Notes under the pieces: model-generated | The model's input: only the letters and a program-made list of their open reading frames with translations | Told to the model about the DNA's origin: nothing | Database searches by the model: none | Translations under genes and position numbers: made by a program | Shown here: piece by piece, positions 1 through 13,400 of the stretch | Layout of the letters: the number at the start of each line of letters is the position of its first letter | Position numbering within the stretch: position 1 is the first letter of the stretch | Assembly (NCBI GenBank): GCA_964304625.1 | Contig: OZ199838.1 | Location: forward strand, 13,149,843-13,213,842 | Length of the DNA stretch: 64,000 nucleotides | Direction of reading: 5' to 3' | DNA from: Kudoa neothunni | Taxonomy: Eukaryota > Animalia > Cnidaria

Positions 1-823
1 ATTAAAAATCCTAAATTAGTGTGGGATTAATAGCAAGATACTACTTCTACAGGTTGTTTGCAGGGTACAATGGATTCCGAATAGTCTGAAAAAATCGTAA
101 ATTTTGAAGAAACCGTTGATAACCCCTGCGTTAGAGGGTTAATCCCAATCTCGTCCTCATTTATAATCGTGATTTCCTCTGTTTTTGGTTTAACCAATAA
201 TAATATTGATTAATTTTCTATCTATCTATATATCTAGATTGTTTGTTTTTGGATTGAAAGCCTTGCCAATTGCAAATTTGATTCCAAGACTTTAACTTAC
301 GACTGTTTTTGACGAAGTGAGGAATTAAGGATGCCAATTTTTAAGTTCCATAGATTGATTACGTTAGATTTTTTCAAATACATTTTATTGAGAAACGAAT
401 TATATTTTAACCACTTACTAATTTTAATGTGATATGAAACTTTATTTAAAGTTTTAAGCAGTTTAAATTAAAAAATAAATACTTTTGAACAAGATGAGGA
501 CACGAAGCTGTTCTCCAAGAAAAAGTAAGGCGCGATATAAAAAAGGTTGGGAAACACGGATCTAATTGATATTATCAGCCCCATTTCTACTTTTAATGAA
601 GTTTGGGATGCAAACTTTAAAATTTTAAAGATTAATCAGTTTATTAAGTAAAATTATTTCAATATAAATAAACAATTAAACATTTTAATAAAATACCAAA
701 CCTATTATATAGCGATGAAAATCAACAATCGACAAATAGTGTTTAGTTTACTATTTAAATATGTTTGATCTTGAGACTTTTCCATTAAAAAAATAAAAAA
801 CTCAATAATCCCATCACCCATTA

Positions 824-3800
824 CTAGACAAACTTGGAATTTTGCGCTAATTTTTTATATGGTATACCAGTTCTACTGACGTAATTCCATCGTAGAGAAT
901 TAAACAGTTTATGTTTATTTTCCACCTGTCCTTTTATATTGTGGTCTGTAGAATAAGGAAAATAACCCGATATTCTAAAAAAAATAAATTCTTCACATGA
1001 GGTCAATTTATTACAGCACATAAGTAACAACACCAATCGACCAATAATCAGCTGTATAATTGTATCGAGGTTTGATCCAAGACTCGGGGGCGCTGTACGC
1101 TTTAGTGCCAGCTGCTTTAGTAAAATAGCCGTCTGATGTGAACTCTTTTGAAAATCCAAAATCACAAAGTTTAATCTTAAAATTATTGCTATAACGCATC
1201 CAATTTGAAACAGATTTCAATTACTTGGGGATATCCAGACTCTGATGTTATTTTGCTAAGAAGAATGTTTTCCGGCTTAATATCAAAATGTGCAATTGAT
1301 ATACCATGCAGATATTCAACTGCCTTCGCCAACTATTTTGAGTTATATCAACAGGAGATAAATGTTTCTACTGATAAATAATGCACTTGGCACATTCTTC
1401 TCCTAAGTGACCAACATATTTCCCCATCACATAGCTTAACAAATCAGCTTCCATCCGTTCCATGATGTAATATATCTATATTTAACTAATTATAAATGGA
1501 GATATTAGTTGCTTACATAATTATAAGTTTCCACGAGTCGATACATACCAGTAATAGCTGGGAAGGATAATCTCTTTGTTAGAGATTAGAATATCAAACA
1601 TTGGAATATACGATACTTTATTCAGGTTGTATTCATTTAGGAACTGAAGATGGGTGGTTTTTTTGTATTTTGATTTTTCAATTACTTTAACGGCAATCAC
1701 CTTATTTTCAAATTTATCAAGACCTATCAATAAAAATAAGTTTTATCCATTAAAAATTTTTGTGTGAATAGTTAATATTTGAAAATTAATTTTAAAATAT
1801 CATAGTAGATATTTTAGAAATACCAATTTTTTTATAATAAAAGTTGAATTCAATAAACTACCTGAGTATACAGTTCCATATTGACCAGACCCTAAAACTT
1901 TTTCTTTTTCAACTTGAAAAAACAATCCAAACAGCTAAGAAACGGTCGTAAGACATTATGTATACAAATATTAAACTAACTTCTTCATTGACGACTGATT
2001 CTAGAAGCGATGAATCCATTTTTTCAACTGCCTCTAAAATCGAATAATAATTTCAACAAAAAGAAACAAAAAACAACTTTGATAAATTTTATTATAAGCA
2101 ACAATTTCTGCTAAAAAATCTGTCCATTGCTGACATACATCGTACATTTTGTTGCTGAATTCAACGTTTTGATTAACGTTCTCATATGTATTCTCACATT
2201 CATCTCTCAGAGTAAATCCGCATATGAAATTAAGGTTTTGGTTGGTTTCTATCGTGAAAATTTGTTGGAAATCTTCATCTATTGGCGAATAATGCTTAGT
2301 AAATGTTTTTATGTTTATTATATTTCTATTTGAAACGGTCTATGTAAAAATGCCTTATTTTTTAACACAACTATTATAGTCTACCAGTAAAACGTCCATA
2401 TCTACGATATTATTGTAGATAATAAGGTTGGATTCATCGAAGCACCAATAGTGGTGTGAAATCTATCCAAATAAATCAAAATGATCTACCATAGTTGTTC
2501 ACATTAATTTATTGAATGATTACTTTAATGTCTCCTTCAACGTAGTAGAACATCATGGACTGATGGATAATTTTTTTATAGTTTTTCTCAACTGATGTAA
2601 GGATATTGTCAAAACGGCAAAGCTTGAGTAGATCAGTGGAGGAAATGTTATCAGCTAGAATAAATTTAAATTGGGTACTCTGGAGCGTAACAACTACAAT
2701 TTTTGGATAAGGAAGCGCCAACGGCAGGGTCGGGAAGAGTGGTCCCTATGTGGGGTCGAAGTGATCGGTAGCCCAACTCTACACTGCTCTTGTATGTGGA
2801 AAACATTGGATCATCGAAATCAATTTTATCTTTTTGGCATCTTTTCGTAAGTAGTAAAGCGCACACCGTGTGGTAATAAGATTTGCATTCTAATTATTCG
2901 AATTAGTCCCCCATGATTGTAGTTTGTAATTTTACTTGTGCAGCAAAATCCTTCCTTGTGTTTGTAAATCTAGGTAGAAAATAGGAAAACAACTATTTAT
3001 ACTGAACACTGATGTTTAATTACAAGTTGAAAACAATAATAACAAGTTTTTCGTTGCTTAAATTTGAACTGTAGAAGAGTATGGCCATTTTTTATTTGAA
3101 TGCATTCGTCTTGGGTGTCTGGTCGTAGAGTGCAACTGCCCTTCACACTCCTATAGTTATTTTTATAAAGATTCAATCATGTAAAATTACATAAAGACTG
3201 AACTCTTTCTTGATTTAAAAAGAGAAAGGTGTTTTTTAAGAGTTGAACGCCTGCTGAATTTCGAGCTGATCCCTGTGATTTTTCTATCCAGAGGGTCTCG
3301 TGTAATGGCCTTTTGGATGGCCTCACTCATTCCCTCGTAACTACGTTTAAGCTCGAGATTTTTCAGACAAACCCTATCTATCCTTCTTGCACAACATCTG
3401 TGAAATATATTCTTGCATCCTAACGAGATCAGCGGTTACCAAAAACAATCCCTCTTATTAATACCAATGGGAAAGGTTACCTTTGCAAACCATAGCAATA
3501 TTTTTTGTTATGGTGAAATTAGTTCCACACAAGTCACAATTCAAGTTATCTTTCATTTCAATTTCTATAAAATCATGCACTTCTACCTGATTATACGAGG
3601 TGTATTCATCTAAATTCAAATAATTTGTGAAAATTATCTGAACAACCCTCACCACCATTTTAAAATTTTCTATTAGTACCAATCATTAAAAATCACTTTT
3701 TTTATTTACTTATTCTCCTTTACTATGATATTATGATACATAAATTTGCAACACATTAAATATCAAGTATCATTGGAGGTTGCCAACAATTTAACTTATG

Positions 3801-4200
3801 AATAGAATCATAATCAAAGCTATTACCCACAAAGACTATCTCAATAGCTGTCTTTTTTTCAAGATCAGACAGTTTTCTTATAACTCTCAATAAATTTTCT
3901 GAAGAATAATCATGTTTCATAAGGAATATCGGCGAAAGTAATGACACATTTATATCCTACAACTACTGATTATTTAGTGTTTATTATAATAAAAGACACA
4001 TTGATTCGTAGGAAATCTTTTGCCAAATTTAATAAATCATCAATATTTGTGGGCTTAATGTTATAGCACCCGTTGAGTTTGCCGTAGTTAAGTCGAACTT
4101 GTAAATAGGTTGTGTGGTCAGCAAGCGCTTGATCGGGTTGGCCAGATAACCCCGAGGAATTGCTTTTCCTGGAAGACATCCCCTTAGCTTTAGACCTCAT
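824..4200 (-). CDS. PRKD: Protein kinase D family Ser/Thr kinase (C1a, C1b, PH and kinase domains), multi-exon; 3' end uncertain
   Basis: Manual splicing gives C1a HDFIEIEMKDNLNCDLCG..CKGCKNIFHRCC, C1b (HTLL..CYYC..CC..CKSYYHTVC), PH ISHHYWCFD, and kinase motifs LGSGQYGTVYSG, IAVKVIEK, HFDIKPENILL, IKLCDFGFSK, APE, DYWSIGV. Introns are GT-AG except one (1333-1370). Kinase subdomain XI was not located. Confidence 0.88.
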
Positions 4201-4613
4201 ATCGACTTAAACTAATATAATTTTATTTCTACAATTTAACTTAGGCAACCAATGCCACATAAGAAATGATAATCTGTTTAATAGCGTTTTCATATGCTTC
4301 CCAGTTAAAATTCTGTTCCTCATACCATTTACAGCATTATTTTACAACTTGATATACAAAAATGGTATCTAATCTATCTAATAACTCGACTCTTTATCCT
4401 AAAATCATTAGTAAACCTAACATATTAATTGTTTTCCGTCATAAGATGAGAAACATCTTACTTACTCAAAAGCTCAAAAAATCAATTTATTCTCAATGTA
4501 AAAACCAAATTCCATAACTCAAATAGCATAAGACAGAAACGCGTGTTATAAAAGTAAACAGCAGTAAGCGATCAGAATAAAGAAACAGGGCTAATAATCC
4601 ATCTCCAAGACAG

Positions 4614-5360
4614 TTAAATAACTTTCTTCTTTTTGAGGAATTTTTTGATGTAGAAATATTCAATAAAACATATAATAACCATAACCACGCAAATAAAAAT
4701 TGTAAATCTCATTATTCGATTGGCGGAAGACTCTAAATACATTTCTATAAAGATGCAAACCAAAAACAAACCATTTTACCAAACAATGTCTCAAATTGTT
4801 TTTCTCTCTCGTTCAAATCAAGAAACATTGAAGTGAGTTGATGCGAATAATTGTTGAGAAGTGCAAGTTTCAAATTCAGCACATGAGTATCATCTTCGGA
4901 CAGCTAATAAATCGTATATTTCAAAAGTATCAGATGCGCAAAATCACTTGTTTTGATTGCGCAGCGATATTTTCCAATTCTTTGCTATCATCCCACTCAA
5001 GCTGCACTTTTATGGGTATTCTGGAACCGACATCGCTTTTCGCATCAAAACATATCTTAACAGAACCATATTTTTGCATGAAAAATGAGATATAATCCTT
5101 GGCTTTGTTTTTTCGGTAAAACAGCACATTTTCATGTTTGTCAGTAATCTGTTGGGTAGCTTATAAAAAAGTTATTAAATAACAAATACTTTCACTTCAA
5201 GTTCGACATTTTTTACACCGTCAACATAATAACTTCCTTTCACATTTGATGAAGGAATCAGTTCGTTTAAACATGTGGGTATGTGCGAAGGAACAAGCAG
5301 ATTGAACGTGTGTGAGGATTCTATCCAAATATTTAATAACAACACTCCAAGCACCAACAT
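4614..5360 (-). CDS. TMED10: p24/TMED family cargo receptor, TMED10 (Tmp21)-like, 4 exons
   Basis: Signal peptide MLVLGVLLL, GOLD domain (PTCLNE..VKICFD), coiled region, then ESSANRIMRF, a transmembrane helix and a FLKKKKVI* dilysine tail. Three GT-AG introns keep the frame. Confidence 0.85.
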
Positions 5361-5440
5361 CCTTCGAGATGCAACGAACTACGACGACACCTGAGCTGAG
5401 TAGGCGTTTCCAACCTTTCCAACAGTTGGTAATTAGCCGT

Positions 5441-6430
5441 ATGGTCGACATTGGGGGTGATGATGATGAATGGATTTCAATGAGTTGTAAAATGAGGAAA
5501 ACCCTCTCAGACAATTCTATTTTTCATAAAGCTATTGAGAGAATTAATTATTGGAAGTAGTTAGTGATTCTCTTCAAAGTTGATTTTCTGTTGTAGAAAT
5601 CAAATATTAGCGTCAAATATGCTTGAAATCCTAAATAGTCATTTAGTCAAATTTAGTTTCATTTGATTTTATTTAATAATAGAAAAAATTCTCTCACAAA
5701 ACATTACTCACTCCATTTGCTACGGCGTAGGATCTATTACCGAATACGAGAGCTCACAAATACAATTTGCATTATTTCTTTCCACTTTATACAGTGTTAA
5801 GGTTATTTTATTAATTAAATTATTAGTCAATTGTTGTTTCCTATGGATAGGATTCTCGTGGTAAAATTTTTGATCCGTGTTTCACTGAGGCCGATATTCG
5901 AGTGTGCAGTTATTTTTCTGTCGATATATTAGACCGCTGTGAAGTAATGTTTTTATTTTATATTAAAAATGTAGTCTTTATTCGTTAAATATCTATAATG
6001 TTATGAAAAATTGCAGATTACTTTCTACAATGAAACCCCCATCTTGTTTTTCATGCCGTTTTGCCCACTTGATCTTTATGAAAATCTACTTGAAAATAAC
6101 TTCAATAAAGAATTTCTGAAAAATTTAAACATTCTTTCAAATTCACTATCGAAAGCAATAAATAATCTACAAATGAGATCAACCAAGGTACCCCAAGATG
6201 AATACCCTCTTCTGATTAAGGTTAATCTTTACTTAAATTACCTACTTTCTGTTTTGTACAAAATATTAATTTCTTCTTATTACATTCAAGGCTTTACAAT
6301 TTGCTGAAGAAATTTCGGTTTGTTGTGATATTAAATGGAAGAAACGTAATCAAATACCTCCTGCTCTTTATGAGCTATCTTTTACCTCATTTGTAAATAT
6401 TTCATCTTAGTCTTTTTATTTATGTAATGT
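5441..6430 (+). CDS. SRRD: SRR1-like protein, multi-exon; 3' end approximate
   Basis: Exons encode ICYGVGSITEYESSQIQFALF, IFDPCFTEAD and ILFFMPFCPLDLYENLLENN, which match the SRR1 domain motifs CYGLG, xDPxF and FFMPHC..LYxNLL. Confidence 0.78.
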
Positions 6431-7820
6431 CATATAGCGCGGTATTTCTTTCGTAAATATATAGAAAATTAATTAAAAAATTTTGTCAGCTTCTAAAATC
6501 TCATATGAAAATCATCGTTAATTGCTAGACTAACAATAATTACATTTTTGCGAGACAGTGTTAATTGAAAATAGTTTTAATGAAGATTCATCTGTAAGAA
6601 AATAATTGAGACAAAATCCACAACTTTAAGGGTTTAAGTAAAATCAACTCACATAATCCTTATGACAGTACCTCTGAAGAGCAGTATATGGTAAATTTTC
6701 CATTATAGTATGTAAAATTCTGCGATAATCCTAATTCAAAAAATGGATATACCGTGTCTCCAGAAATATAAGAAGAGTGTTAAGTTTTTTTATTTGATAA
6801 AGAACATTAGGTCTTATATTTATAACAGACAACTTCCTATGTTTTATTCAGTACATATAACAGAATCAAATAAAATATTTTAATTGAAAAAACATACGAC
6901 AGCGCACATATAATTGGATAAATATTTGTATTTTTTTGAAAATAAAGATAAAATGACAATCAAACATCAAAATCTACGTTTTTAAGGAGTATTTTTCCTT
7001 TATAATATTTATTATTATTAACTATCCGATAAAATTACATTGTTAGAAATATTTTGTTATATTACTCAAAATGTGCAGATGCGGAGTATTTTACTAGTTC
7101 TTATACTAAAAACTAGCTCAAGAAGACCAATAGGTTTTATAATTGGGAAACACTATAATTTCAGTCCTGCAAAATAGGCGACGGCCAAATACGGAGTAAG
7201 GAAATATCGCACAAAAATTTCACTCTTTTAAATAAATTTTTCACTGTTGAATATATTTAATACAGTGACTTCTAACTCGATTTCTGCTATAGGGAATCTA
7301 TCAGTTAATCAGCATTCACGATACATCATTACTGTTTTACGAATTTCACGTGGTTTATAATATGGAATTATTTTTTGCTATATTAATCAATAGTTTGTAT
7401 ACAATAACTCCAATACTGTGTACAACAAATTTTCAAGATAACGAATACAATAAATAACCAGATTCATGCAATTTTCTAAAAATTCGGCATACTTTATAAA
7501 TATTAAATATAACAAAGTTTTCTGATTTTCGAGTATTTTATGAATTTTAAGCCAATGAGAATTAAAATAAACTAGAATATAATCTAAATAATAATCACGT
7601 GAGCACCATTTAACGCAAAATTTGGGTGGATACCTTTCATTGATTAATGTGTTTTATTCTCAGTGGAAAGAACAATTAATTCAAAAACTGGGATGTTACT
7701 GATAAATATAAAATAATAACGTAATACAATAACCTTCCCTTGCGGAAGAGGGTGCGAAAACTACCACAGTGGCTAATCGATTTGATCTACTTTGATATTA
7801 AATGATGTTATATTTATAAA

Positions 7821-8000
7821 AGGCGGGGACTATTTTATAATAAATTTTAATCCTAAACGACAAGTACGCTTGCACATGAATTATTTTAATCCCAATAACT
7901 CTTACTTACAAGTTATATACAGTTTTAACTTGTTAGAATCTGATTAATTTAATTATTAATAATAATTAAGAGCAAAGCAGCGGGCCAGAAATAAATATAA
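7821..8000 (-). repeat. Dispersed ~170-200 bp hairpin-containing repeat, reverse-orientation copy
   Basis: The reverse complement (aataattaaa..cagattctaacaagttaaa..ttgtaagtaagagtt..gcaagcg..gtttaggattaaa) aligns by eye with 58697-58835 and 34311-34446. Confidence 0.7.
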
Positions 8001-8571
8001 TTAAAAATAGTGAAACAAAATTATTTACCGTGCCGATGGAAAATTTCATAGTAAAATGGAGATATTAATTACAACAATCCTCAGAATATGTATTCATTCA
8101 ATATGAATCTCACAAATTTCGTTTTAAAAAATTAGATAAAATCGGTTACCAACTGTATATATGTATTAGTTGTTTTTAATAAATTAGTAAGGCGCTATTA
8201 GTTAGATTCCTCCAGTAAACCATTAATTTCTGTCATTATCATGCAACCATTGATGGAGATATAAAATGATTTTAATTAGTTTATATCAGCTATAATTCGT
8301 AAAATAATGTTGAAAAAATAAAAGAATTAAACCGGGTATACTTGCATAATAAAAATAATATTTTTTTAATCAACAATTTCCTTTTCAACAGATGATATTA
8401 AGAAATATTTGAAATTATCGATCAAAATTTGGGAACTAAGCCGGAATGTCGCATTAGTTATCAATGTTTTATATAATTAAGTTATTTCCATTTCTTGAAA
8501 TTTAATATGAACTTAATTTATTTAAATGAACAAATAAATAAGAAGTCTATTCATTATAAACAGATAAACGT

Positions 8572-10418
8572 CTATGAAGAAATTTTATAAATTTTAGATT
8601 TATCACAAAGCAGTTGCTTATAGTTGAGAGTAACAGAGACATTTGATTTGTGGTGGTCATTGCTGTGATGAGTAGGAGTTGAATGGTCGAGTTGAATTTT
8701 GATTTTTCCAGTGGTTCCAAACTTACCTTCAATGGTTCCAACGCAACCATCCGAAAATTTTACAGGAAACCCGATAAAGGAATCAATTTTTGATTCCTTT
8801 TTAAACATTTCTTTGACAATAATACAGTTTTCTTTTAGAATTTTTTCAATAACACCAACTTTGGTTTTAATTTTATAGATATTGACTGGTATTCGCTTAA
8901 ACATTAATAAACAACATTTCTATAAGCATTTTATGAAAGTTACTTTCACTTCGAGGGGGTTAGCGTCAGAGTTTTCAAATTTTTTAATTATTTCACCGTA
9001 GAATGCTATTCGACAAGATTTTTTCGAGATGTCTTGGTCCATTTTAAGCCCAATAATGGTATTGATATTGCAATAGAACGTTGGAATTTGAAGCGTTACG
9101 TAAGCATAACAACTATCCCCATCCAATTGTTCAATATTTACAAAAGAGCTACCCATGCTGAAGTTATCAACGGTGGGATCACGATCTGTGTCCCTAAACA
9201 AATTCACTGTTCCAACTATGGTATCGAAGGAGATGGACACATGAAATTTGGATTTGTTGAGTATAGGCTATTTTTAATGAAAACAACCACCGAAACAAAC
9301 CCATTACTTGTTTATAATATTTGAAATGATGTAGAACACAAATAAAAGATTGAATAGTTGTGATAGAACCAGGAGCACAGAGCAACCCTCGTTCCATAGC
9401 CGTAGGGTCGAATTGAGTGATACAAATACCAGCCCGGTCTCCTTGACTAATTTTGTCGACATTTTTACGAAAAACCTAACCAAGTAAAATAAAAAATCTT
9501 ACATCGAATTCGAAATAATTAAAACTCACTTGAATTGATTTAACTTTTCGAACGTCATTGGTGGAAGCCACCAAAACATTCGATTTGACACCAATACAAC
9601 CAGCTATCACAGTGCCGGTAACAACTGTGCCATGTCCTTTTATATTGAAACAATGGTCTACTGCAAAAAGAAATTTGGATTCATCAGCTAAAATGGTGGG
9701 TCTAGGTTGAACATATTTTAGAAGAGCATTTTTAAGTGTCTCAATAGAATAGTTGGGATGTTTGTTGGTGATATCAACTGCAACAATAGGGCTGTTATGA
9801 AAAGCTGTTTTCTCTAAAGTTTTTCCAATACGAGATTTCATCTAGATAGAGTATTATTTCAGCCATCTACCCAAAAGACGACGAGGTATACTTTTCCCAC
9901 GACACTATCAATGCTGCTACCATTCTCAGCGCACAGCAAATCGATCTTGGTCAAAACAAATATCAATTTTATTTTCAAGATTTCTGCCAGCATTATACAT
10001 TCGGCAGTTTGTGTTTGAATTCCATGAGTGACATCAATTATGCACATGGCGAAATGCATTATTTTCGAGCCACCTACCACAGTCAAATGTTATTGATAGG
10101 CTTAAATTCTTGCCATCAAAGCTCACTTATAATGGTTTTAAGTAAAGATGCATGACCAGGGCAATCAACTAATGTGAATTGAACGAGAGATTTTGAATGT
10201 AATTGTGGAAAACATTTCAATCTATCATTCAAATCCATAACAAAACTGCTAAAACCTAGATCAAGAGTGATCCCCCGTTGTTGACTTTGCGGATTTTTAT
10301 CGAATGCTGCTGTCGATGCTACTGTACTTAAATTTTTAGCAAGTGTGGTCTTACCACTATCAACATGACCGATCAGACCCACATTAACGTTAAAAACTGT
10401 CCCATAATCGTACTCCAT
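8572..10418 (-). CDS. EEFSEC: Selenocysteine-specific elongation factor eEFSec, 6 exons
   Basis: NVNVGLIGHVDSGKT, AFDKNPQSQQRGITLDLGFS, DCPGHASL, GIQTQTAEC, FAVDHCFNIKGHGTVVTGTV, QGDRAGIC, CRIAFYG, and eukaryote-type domain 4 (MFKKES..GTIEGKFGTTGKIKI). Five GT-AG introns verified in frame. ATG at 10418. Confidence 0.95.
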
Positions 10419-10480
10419 AGTATTGTGCACGCACTTGCGTTGCGATTGTTGCCCTGCTTTCTCATTACCATTCAATTGCG

Positions 10481-13400
10481 ATGAATTTTCATACCAAACG
10501 TTATGTTGAATGGGAAAAAGATATTGAAAATTATTATTTGCTAGAAAATAACGAACATAGCAACCATAAAATAAAGCTTCATCTCATTCAACTGTTCGAA
10601 TCTACAGATCCAATACTATTACATATTCTTTCTAGAACACTGCTGCATTATCTTAGTGTTGGGGATAAAGTGACTAAAAGTTTGAAATTAATCCAATTAG
10701 CTATATCTCTACACAATGAATCGGCAAGTTTTTCTTCTGGGACCAAAAAAGAATTGTTTTTAAGATTTTTGATACCATTTTTATGTTGGCTCTCAACGTC
10801 TTGTATCAATACTGAGGAGAAAATTTTCTTAGAAGATCTTAATGAAATAATTATCCCGGTTATTGACAATTTTTCTAAATTTTCCTCCTGCTCTTGTTAT
10901 TTAAAATTACAGATTGGTGTATATTTGGTTAAAATCTACAAGAATACATCCCATTATTACTCGTTTGCTGTTTCAACTCGTTTTCTAAACCTCTTAAAGT
11001 CTCTTGTCGTCTTAAATCATGATGATGCCAAATTAGATTTATTAACTGAGCCAATAAGTTTGATTTGGTTCTACAAACTGTTAAATGAGATGGAAAAATT
11101 CGCTCTAATAAACTCCAAGCGGGGTCGTTATTCCGGAGAGTTCGTATCACTTATCGAGACTCTGGTAGAAAATGTTACATCTTCGAACATTTCCATGACA
11201 ATAGTGCAGATCTATAGGGGCTCTGTGTCACGCGAATCTTGTTTTGTAACTTGTTCCAAGTCGGTTCTACTGAAGACGATAGAAAGATGTTTTGAACATG
11301 AAAAATTTAAGTTACTGATACCAATAAGTTCTTGTGTCTCTATAATTTTTTTTCTAATTCCAATGTAGGTCTTCGGGAGTCATTTCACGAATTACTTCTC
11401 AAAGATATGACCGATAATGTCAGTTATATTTTGGATCAAATAAATCCCAATTGTCATGATTATAATGTTTTGCTGTCTGAAATTCTGATGGACGATGATG
11501 CAACTCAAACTAAGACTATGCTCAATGGCATCATCTTATCAAAAAATTCTATATTTATAAATACAGATGAAAAGTAAACTTATTATTATAAATAATTCTT
11601 CTAATTTGACTATTCAAATAAAATATAAATTAATTTTAATTAAAGTTTTCGTTTATTCAAAATTAGCATCTTCATTTGAAAAAGCCTCATTATTTTAAAA
11701 TATTTTAAAAATTTTATTTTTGTAACTGAGAATAAAAACTAATCTATATTTGCCCAGCCTATGTTTGATTTGCTATTTGTCGACTATATTTATAATTTAA
11801 AATGGATTAGCTAATCTTAAAGAAAACTTTTTAGACTAATTATAGTCATACAAATTATTTTTATATTCAGTGGATTATCAATAATCCACGAGTCATTTTG
11901 GATTTAGGAGAATGTAGAACTAAGCATCAACTACTTTAATTCATAAATTTGAAGAACAAATGAACTATCATTCTTAAAATAACCGGTTTATTGTATGTTC
12001 CAATATTTTACCGGAATGTTGTAAATATTTAATTCTATATTTGAAACTATGTTTTCCATCCGCCGAATATTTTAAAAAAGTATTTTGGAGCTAGCTACAC
12101 TTATGTATTATAAAAAATAGTTACGAGGGACTGTATATGCGCTCTTCATTGATAGAAGAGCGCCGTTTAGTTTATTTTGGAAACGTGATCTGCATCATAG
12201 TTATTCATTATTTCCTAATGTTTGAAATTCCAATGAGTTAAAATTTCTTGATGTACAGTAATAATGTTTCCATGGGAACATACATGCTATAAATATACTT
12301 TTTATCTACCCGAAAATTGAACTTAGCCTAATTTCGGTTAAAAAATTGCAAATTTAATGATAAACGTAAACTTCATCATTATAGTTTTGCATTTAAACTA
12401 TTATTTTAATTTAATCATTAATAATTATAAAAATTAACGTATTAACGCGAACAATGATAAAAAGAAATTTCGGAAGTTGCTGCCGCTAGGAATCATGATA
12501 ATCAGACAGGATTAATTTTTCCTATATTTATTTCTGCCTTCTAGAAATAATTAAATATATCAGATCCTAAAAAATTAAATGTGTAAACCACCTATAAATA
12601 GGAGTTTTATTAATAAAAAATGGCAAATGTGCAGACCTCGTTCGCATTTAAGATTAAATTTTCTCTTGATAACCGCTTAAGCCATTCATTTCATTATTGA
12701 AAATAGGAAATCATTTGGATAAATTTGATCTAATCGGGTTTTCACATTTCATCTCTCCCATTTTCAAATAAACAAACATTCTTTTGTATTGGGCTGTGCG
12801 CATTAGCATCTTTAAACATGAGCTTGTGGAGCTTATTTTACAGTATACGTAACGAACCCTGCACAGTTTCGACAATAGCCGAGAAAAGGGGCACGATATA
12901 AAGTTATAAGACAAAATTCGCAATAAAAAGCATAGATATAATAAAAAATCTATTTACGGTTAGCTTAACGATGATATGAATTAGATCATCCAATTTTGAA
13001 TAATTTTAGTCTTTTGAAAAGTTATTGAAAATGTTTGCGTGGTTCCCATATGAACATAAAAACCCGAAGAAACGTTAATGGTGCCTTCCAATTCAGATGT
13101 AAGTTTGTGAAAAAATATGCTCTATCAGGAAAATCACTACTTTGGAGTTATCGAAGGTTCCGTTATAGAAATGTAATATTTTTATAGTTTACATCGCTCA
13201 AGCCCCAACATCCACATATGAAGATCTACAATTTCGCATGGATATTGCATCCTTCTCTATTATACCTAAGTGGAATATTATTTATAAGGATGAGATAGCT
13301 TCAAATCTCGATAAAGATTCCAAAAAAATTGGAGTCGAGTGAATTTTCGCATCGTTCGACTAAACTGCCGTCTCCAACAGAGTATAATATTGAACAAATA

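Noticed and set aside
41-200. Minus-strand open stretch (KTEEITIINEDEIG..) as the missing PKD C-terminus
   Set aside because: It has no resemblance to kinase subdomain XI and cannot be assigned; it may belong to a gene beyond the window.
8572-10418. Bacterial selB, horizontal transfer or contamination
   Set aside because: It has spliceosomal introns and a eukaryote-type domain 4, with no winged-helix SelB tail.
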